From: Candidatus Oxydemutatoraceae bacterium
GTDB lineage: Bacteria; Pseudomonadota; Gammaproteobacteria; Poriferisulfidales; Oxydemutatoraceae
Assembly (NCBI GenBank): GCA_965219575.1
Contig: OZ244779.1
Coordinates: 1,868,769-1,932,768 of the forward strand
Direction: 5' to 3'
DNA length: 64,000 bases
Shown: positions 58,249 to 64,000 of the stretch, piece after piece
Position numbering within the stretch: the stretch's first letter is position 1
Layout: the number at the start of each line of letters is the position of its first letter
Made by a program: the position numbers and the translations under genes
The notes under the pieces: generated by a model
What the model saw: only the letters and a program-made list of their open reading frames with translations
The model's database searches: none
What the model was told of the DNA's origin: nothing

Positions 58249-59247
58249 CTAGTATTGTTGTTTGATCAGCCGACTCAGTTGATGGATAACCATTGCGTAG
58301 CGATGGCTGTGGTTATATCTTGTAATGACATAGAAGTTATTATAACCTACCCAAATTTTCGGGGCTAAACTCTCATTCTCATTTTCAAACTTAAACAGGG
58401 AGAATACCGGTTCCTGCGGTTCAAAGTTTTGAAGTTCGATGTTGCGTTGCTTCAAATCGGCAACCGAAAGCCACGGTTGAAATTTTTTATTTAACAACGA
58501 CTCGTAATCGCCACCTTCTATCTCCACATAAACGCCCACCGGTTTTTGCGACATCCAACCGTGTCGTTTTATATAATTGGCTACGCTGCCGATTGCGTCG
58601 GCTCGACTATTCCATAAATCTCTGATACCGTCATTATCAAAATCAACCGCATAACTCCTATAACTGCTCGAGATGAATTGCCCGGTGCCCATGGCACCGG
58701 CGTAAGAACCTTTGAGTTTATCGCATTGCAGTGTACTTTCTTGACGACACAATAACAAAAACTCACTGAGTTCTCGCTTGAAAAAATCGGCTCGACGAGG
58801 ATAATCGAAACCTAAGGTGACCAGCGTGCTGAATACCGGAAAACTACCGGTATTTCTTCCGTAAAAGGTCTCTACACCGATAATTGCAACGATCAGTGAT
58901 GCCGGCACACCGAACTCGGCCTCGGCTTTTTCCAGAAAATCCTTATACCGACTCCAGAACATGACACCACCGCTAATGCGCAACGGGGTGATGAATATCT
59001 CCCTGTATTCCGGCCATGGCTTAGCTTCCGCCGGCCTATCCATCGCCGCAATCGCTCGCTCTTGTTTTACCGCAGCTTTGAATTTCTGCTCTAGATCGGC
59101 ACGGTCGAATGCGTGCATAGCGACCATCCGATCTATATAGGCTTTGACATCGTCGCGTTGATAGTAATCCTCGGCAACCGTAAAATCGGCCGGCAGTAGA
59201 ATTAAAAAGACACTCGGCAATAAACGCACATACAAAAATATATTCAT
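58249..59247 (-). CDS. mltB: Lytic murein transglycosylase B
   Basis: GVETFYG, GSYAGAMG..QF..SS, ITRYNHS. Confidence 0.93.
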   Translation of the reverse strand: MNIFLYVRLLPSVFLILLPADFTVAEDYYQRDDVKAYIDRMVAMHAFDRADLEQKFKAAVKQERAIAAMDRPAEAKPWPEYREIFITPLRISGGVMFWSRYKDFLEKAEAEFGVPASLIVAIIGVETFYGRNTGSFPVFSTLVTLGFDYPRRADFFKRELSEFLLLCRQESTLQCDKLKGSYAGAMGTGQFISSSYRSYAVDFDNDGIRDLWNSRADAIGSVANYIKRHGWMSQKPVGVYVEIEGGDYESLLNKKFQPWLSVADLKQRNIELQNFEPQEPVFSLFKFENENESLAPKIWVGYNNFYVITRYNHSHRYAMVIHQLSRLIKQQY

Positions 59248-60389
59248 AATCTCTGACTCATCATCGGGCGGTACCTCAGTACCGATATCAACATACCGAA
59301 AGACGCCAATACCGACACGACCGAACTCCCGCCATAACTCACCAACGGCAAAGGCACACCCACAACCGGAAGTAAGCCGCTAACCATCGCAACATTTATA
59401 AAAAAATAGGTGGCAAAAGAAAATGTCAAGCTACCCGCCAACAAGCGCCCGAAATAATCTGCTGCGTTAAGTGTAATTATTATACCCCTAACAACGATAG
59501 CAAGGTATATTAAAATCAATAAACAGCAGCCTATAAACCCGAATTCCTCGGCGAACACCGAAAAAACAAAATCGGTCGAATGTTCGGGTACGAACCCCAA
59601 ATGCGACTGCGTGCCGTTCAACCAACCCTTACCCCAAAGACCACCCGAACCGATAGCGACCTTCGATTGATAGATATGATAACCCCCCTCGCTAAGATAA
59701 TTTTCCGGGTTTAAGAACACGATGATGCGTTGCCTCTGATACTCGTGTAGCGACTCCCATATCGGCACCGACAAAGAGGCCAACAAAACTACAAACAGTA
59801 GAATCCACGACCAGCGAACGCCGGCTAAAAAGATAACCCATGCAGCGGAGATAAAAATTAACACCGATGTGCCTAAATCGGGCTGTTTGAGAACCAAAAT
59901 AACCGGTATCGCCACGACAATCAGTGCCGATAATACCGAACCGAGCGACGGTAGATGATTTTCACGACTCGCAAATATTTTGCAAAGAAATAGAGGCACC
60001 GCAAATTTAAGTATCTCCGACGGCTGAAAAGTCAACAGCCATAGATTGAGCCATCGCTGCGAGCCTCTACCTACCTCCCCCATAGTTAATACAAAAATCA
60101 GAAGTATCAAGCCCACGGCATACGATAACCACGCCCACCTGCGATACACGATCAAAGGCACCGACGCAAACACGATAAAGCAAGCAAAACCTATGGCTAA
60201 ACGCCATACTTGCTTCCACAACAACTCGGCACTTTGTCCCTCCGAACTGTATAGTATCATTAAACCGATACACGATAACGCAATAAGTAAAATAAATAAC
60301 GGATAATCTATCTTTGAAAATATATCTTTTGCTAAAGTGCGCAACCCGACAAAAGAAACGACATTCCGGTCTATACCGTTTGCGATCAT
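59244..60389 (-). CDS. rodA: Rod shape-determining protein RodA
   Basis: FQPSE..K, QPDLGT, PEHSTDF, PLVSYGGSS. Confidence 0.95.
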   Translation of the reverse strand: MIANGIDRNVVSFVGLRTLAKDIFSKIDYPLFILLIALSCIGLMILYSSEGQSAELLWKQVWRLAIGFACFIVFASVPLIVYRRWAWLSYAVGLILLIFVLTMGEVGRGSQRWLNLWLLTFQPSEILKFAVPLFLCKIFASRENHLPSLGSVLSALIVVAIPVILVLKQPDLGTSVLIFISAAWVIFLAGVRWSWILLFVVLLASLSVPIWESLHEYQRQRIIVFLNPENYLSEGGYHIYQSKVAIGSGGLWGKGWLNGTQSHLGFVPEHSTDFVFSVFAEEFGFIGCCLLILIYLAIVVRGIIITLNAADYFGRLLAGSLTFSFATYFFINVAMVSGLLPVVGVPLPLVSYGGSSVVSVLASFGMLISVLRYRPMMSQRL

Positions 60390-62243
60390 CTATTCGATAG
60401 GCTCCCGAGCACTTAATGTTGTTTTTCCGAAATAAGCATCCAAAACTCGGCGAGCTACGGGGGCTGCATATTTTGAACCGCTACCGCTGTGTTCGACAAC
60501 GACCGCAATTGCGATTTCCGGTGCCGACGATGGCGCAAAGCCGATGAACATTGCGTGGTCACGCAACTCTCTTTGCAACTCGATTTCTTTCTCTTTCTGT
60601 CTATCGAGAATACGACGGGTTTGTACGGTACCGGTTTTGCCGGCAATTTTATATTCGGCAAATTGCCCGATTTTATAAGCGGTTCCGTTGGGACGGTGTA
60701 CCGTATCGACCATCGCGTCTATCACATAACCCCAATCTTGTTGCGAATTATCCTCCAGTTGTACGGGTAATTCGGGTATTTTTTTTTGCCACTCGGCCTG
60801 TCCGGTTTTGCGATGCGCTTGCACTAAATAAGGTGTTATTCTTTTGCCTCTATTGGCGAGTGTTGCGGTCATCACCGCCAGCTGTAAAGGGGTCGTTAGT
60901 AAATAACCTTGTCCTATACCCATCATAATCGTCTCGGCGGGAAACCATTTTTCGTTACGTTTAGAATATTTCCATTGCGGGGTCGGAACCAAACCCGGGG
61001 CTTCGGCAGCCGTATCGATATTCGTTTTATACCCCAACCCAAAATCTTGCAGAAACGAGGACAACCTCGATACACCCATGCGATACGCAGTGTCGTAAAA
61101 GAACACATCACACGATTGCGTTATCGATAAACTTAAATCTACCAAACCGTGTCCCTGTTCTCGCCAATCTCTATAGTGACGTTGGAAACCGGGGATTTGA
61201 TAATAAGGGCCTGCATACATCCGATACGACGGATCGACGATTTTGAATTTCAATGCAGCCAGTCCGACCACCGGCTTGAGCGTGGAACCGGGTGCATACT
61301 GCCCACTCACTGCGCGATGAAAAAAAGGATTAAACGAATTATCGGCTCTGAGTTCTGCGTATTTTTTCTCCGAAAAATTATAGGTGAACAAATTAGGGTT
61401 AAAGGTCGGCTTGCTGACCATCGCCAATACGGCACCGCTACGCGGGTTCAATGCAACAACCGCCCCCTGATGTTTTGCCAGTGCCTCGTAGGCAACCCGT
61501 TGCAAACGAGTATCTATGGTTAGCATAATATCGTCCCCGGCCAACGCCGGACGCAAATTAGTACTCGCAAGTATCTTCCTACGCGCATTGACTTCCACTC
61601 TGCGTAAACCCAATTTTCCGCGCAACATGGGTTCGTAATATTTTTCTATGCCCGTCTTGCCGATATCGTCGCGATCTAAATAATTCTTTCTATCAATTCT
61701 GGCTAGATCTTCGGAGTCTACCGTGCCGACATAGCCTACGACATGTGAGAATAGATGATTTTCGGGATAATAACGAACTAGACGACCGACGATTTCTACT
61801 TCGGGCATGTGATAAAGTTCGGACGCTATCCGTGCCACTTCCTCCTCGAAGAGATTGGACTGTAAAACCAATCTCTGCGAGTTCGGATTTGCCTTAATCC
61901 TACTTTCTAAATCGGATAATTCCCCGATGTTTAGATGCGGCAGACTCTGCAACTTTTCTATAACGGCATCTCTATCGGTGATTAGATCGGGTAAAAGTTC
62001 AAGGTCGTAACTTGTGCGGTTTGCCGCCAAGATCCGGCCTTTACTGTCGTATATCAACCCACGCTGAGGACTGATAGATCTCAGATCGAAACGATTACCG
62101 TCCGATGTTGTTCGATAATCGCTATATCGGGTAACCTGCAGGTTGTATAAGTTATACAGCAGTACCGAGAGCAGTATTAGGATAATGATAGTGGCGATTA
62201 AAACTCTGGACTTAAAAAGCCGCTTGGGTATATAATCCACCAC
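60390..62243 (-). CDS. mrdA: Penicillin-binding protein 2
   Basis: PGSTLKP, SCD, KTGT; upstream of rodA. Confidence 0.95.
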   Translation of the reverse strand: MVDYIPKRLFKSRVLIATIIILILLSVLLYNLYNLQVTRYSDYRTTSDGNRFDLRSISPQRGLIYDSKGRILAANRTSYDLELLPDLITDRDAVIEKLQSLPHLNIGELSDLESRIKANPNSQRLVLQSNLFEEEVARIASELYHMPEVEIVGRLVRYYPENHLFSHVVGYVGTVDSEDLARIDRKNYLDRDDIGKTGIEKYYEPMLRGKLGLRRVEVNARRKILASTNLRPALAGDDIMLTIDTRLQRVAYEALAKHQGAVVALNPRSGAVLAMVSKPTFNPNLFTYNFSEKKYAELRADNSFNPFFHRAVSGQYAPGSTLKPVVGLAALKFKIVDPSYRMYAGPYYQIPGFQRHYRDWREQGHGLVDLSLSITQSCDVFFYDTAYRMGVSRLSSFLQDFGLGYKTNIDTAAEAPGLVPTPQWKYSKRNEKWFPAETIMMGIGQGYLLTTPLQLAVMTATLANRGKRITPYLVQAHRKTGQAEWQKKIPELPVQLEDNSQQDWGYVIDAMVDTVHRPNGTAYKIGQFAEYKIAGKTGTVQTRRILDRQKEKEIELQRELRDHAMFIGFAPSSAPEIAIAVVVEHSGSGSKYAAPVARRVLDAYFGKTTLSAREPIE

Positions 62244-62254
62244 TATTTCAGAAG

Positions 62255-62782
62255 TTATGATTTATAACGTTTGATACTTCGGGTAATCTCTTGCTGCATT
62301 TTTTCGGGTGCCAACCAACCCTCTACCTTTACCCATTTATCGGTCTCGAGCTTCTTATAATGCTCAAAAAAGTGGACGATTTGATCGAGTAGATTTTGAT
62401 CCAACTGTTCGACGCGATCTATGTGGTCATAACCGCTGTTCATACCTTTCTCGGGCATCGCCAGCAACTTAAGATCGCGGCCCGATTCATCGCTCATGTC
62501 GAGTGCCCCCAAAGGGCGGCTCGGTATCACGCATCCCACCATCAAAGGCGTCGGGGTGACGACTAAAACATCCAGAGGGTCGCCATCTTCGGAAAGGGTT
62601 TGCGGAACAAAACCGTAATTCGCAGGATAATACATAGGAACATTCATAAATCTGTCAACCCATACCGAACCGCTCTCTTTATCGAGTTCATACTTGATAG
62701 GATCGGCGTGCGCCGGTATTTCTATGACGACATTCAATACTTCGGATACCGAATCGCTTGCGGGTATCTTATCTACATTCAT
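62255..62782 (-). CDS. ppa: Inorganic pyrophosphatase
   Basis: YPANYG, DGDPLDV, HFFEHYK. Confidence 0.96.
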   Translation of the reverse strand: MNVDKIPASDSVSEVLNVVIEIPAHADPIKYELDKESGSVWVDRFMNVPMYYPANYGFVPQTLSEDGDPLDVLVVTPTPLMVGCVIPSRPLGALDMSDESGRDLKLLAMPEKGMNSGYDHIDRVEQLDQNLLDQIVHFFEHYKKLETDKWVKVEGWLAPEKMQQEITRSIKRYKS

Positions 62783-62795
62783 GTTTTAGAGGCCT

Positions 62796-63125
62796 TTATT
62801 GTTCGGCGGACTCGGCAACGGCATCCGCCACCATTTTCTGCAATTCGCCTTTCTCGAATAGTTCGACAACGATGTCACACCCGCCGACCAATTCACCGTC
62901 GATATAAATTTGCGGAAATGTAGGCCAGTTTGCAAAATGCGGCAGATTCTGAAAAATATCGGGGTCCGACAATACATTGACATATGCGAATTCATGACCG
63001 CAATGTTGCAACGCCATAGCCGCCCTACTTGAAAAACCACATTGGGGCATTTGGGGGGTACCCTTCATGTAGATAATAACGGCATTATCTTCAACCTGTT
63101 TTTTAATTTTGTCCATTATGTTCAT
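62796..63125 (-). CDS. grxD: Monothiol glutaredoxin
   Basis: CGFS, WPTFPQ, GGCD. Confidence 0.95.
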   Translation of the reverse strand: MNIMDKIKKQVEDNAVIIYMKGTPQMPQCGFSSRAAMALQHCGHEFAYVNVLSDPDIFQNLPHFANWPTFPQIYIDGELVGGCDIVVELFEKGELQKMVADAVAESAEQ

Positions 63126-63251
63126 TGAGTTTCTCCGGTTATAAAATCATTAAATTATATATAAATTGAGCATTGTTGTATTTTACAAGGCTTTGACAGA
63201 GATACAATACGACGGACGAAATAAAGACTCGTCGTTATTGAAAGGTCTAAA

Positions 63252-64000
63252 TCAATAGAAGGCTGCGCGACGGCGGTGATAGTATTTAACATCGCGAAAC
63301 GATGCTCTGCCTTCTTTACCGACCCCCATATAGAGTTCTTGTATATCCTCGCGTTCCATCATCTCTTCTGCACTGCCTTTGGTGACAACACGGCCGTTTT
63401 CTATGACATAGCCATAATCTGCATAATTTAGGGCAATAACCGCATTCTGTTCGGCAACCAAGAAACTAACGCCTTCATTTTTATTCAAGTCTCTAACTAT
63501 CTTGAATACCTCTTCGACAAACTGTGGTGCCAGACCCATAGAGGGTTCGTCCAAAAGGATAAGGCGCGGACGCGCCATCAGTGCGCGACCTATGGCGGTC
63601 ATTTGCTGTTCACCGCCCGATGTGAAACCGGTTAGGCTTTTACGTCGATCCCGGATACGCGGAAAATATTCGTAGACTTTTTCTAAATCTTCTTTTATTT
63701 CGGCCTGGGTTGCCGTCTTTCTTATAAAAGAACCGGTTAATAGGTTCTCTTCGACGCTAAGACGAGGGAAACAGTGGCGACCCTCTAGAACTTGAACCAC
63801 GCCGCCTTTGACTAGATCGTACGGCATCATTTCGGCAATGTTATCACCGTCGTATTCTATAGAACCTTTGGTTACCACACCGCGTTCGGCGTGTAATAAA
63901 TTTGAACATGCCTTGAGCGTAGTCGTTTTCCCGGCACCGTTGGCACCCAACAAAGAGACGACACTCCCTTCGGGCACCTCTAAGGTCACGCCGCGCAATG
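63252..64000 (-). CDS. Branched-chain amino acid ABC ATPase (LivF-like), 5' end outside the window
   Basis: GANGAGKT, SGGEQQM, LDEPS. Confidence 0.9.
   Translation of the reverse strand, partial: LRGVTLEVPEGSVVSLLGANGAGKTTTLKACSNLLHAERGVVTKGSIEYDGDNIAEMMPYDLVKGGVVQVLEGRHCFPRLSVEENLLTGSFIRKTATQAEIKEDLEKVYEYFPRIRDRRKSLTGFTSGGEQQMTAIGRALMARPRLILLDEPSMGLAPQFVEEVFKIVRDLNKNEGVSFLVAEQNAVIALNYADYGYVIENGRVVTKGSAEEMMEREDIQELYMGVGKEGRASFRDVKYYHRRRAAFY

Overview
A chromosomal window from a gammaproteobacterium. The housekeeping backbone includes uvrB, queG, pgi, bioD, purC, psd, rmuC, dksA, nrdAB, xth-ampG, rsmA-apaGH, tmRNA, mrdAB-mltB-rlpA-dacA-dat, ppa and grxD. Tandem sulfotransferases, an LRR/FN3/propeller surface protein, two restriction-modification systems and H4MPT/methanofuran genes suggest a host-associated, possibly sponge-associated, organism (inference only). 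Four things stand out. (1) A 1777-aa secreted protein next to tmRNA ends in 72-bp LRR units with a DNA-invariant framework and hypervariable concave-face codons, and an unannotated spare LRR+C-cap cassette sits exactly in frame behind its stop codon. (2) A nested family of REP/MITE-like repeats occurs in empty, singly filled and tandemly amplified forms, often at accessory-gene junctions. (3) An orphan cI/cro switch has a duplicated promoter-operator but no phage genes. (4) The three sulfotransferase paralogs are segmental mosaics of each other. All calls come from reading the sequence and the ORF track; no database searches were run.
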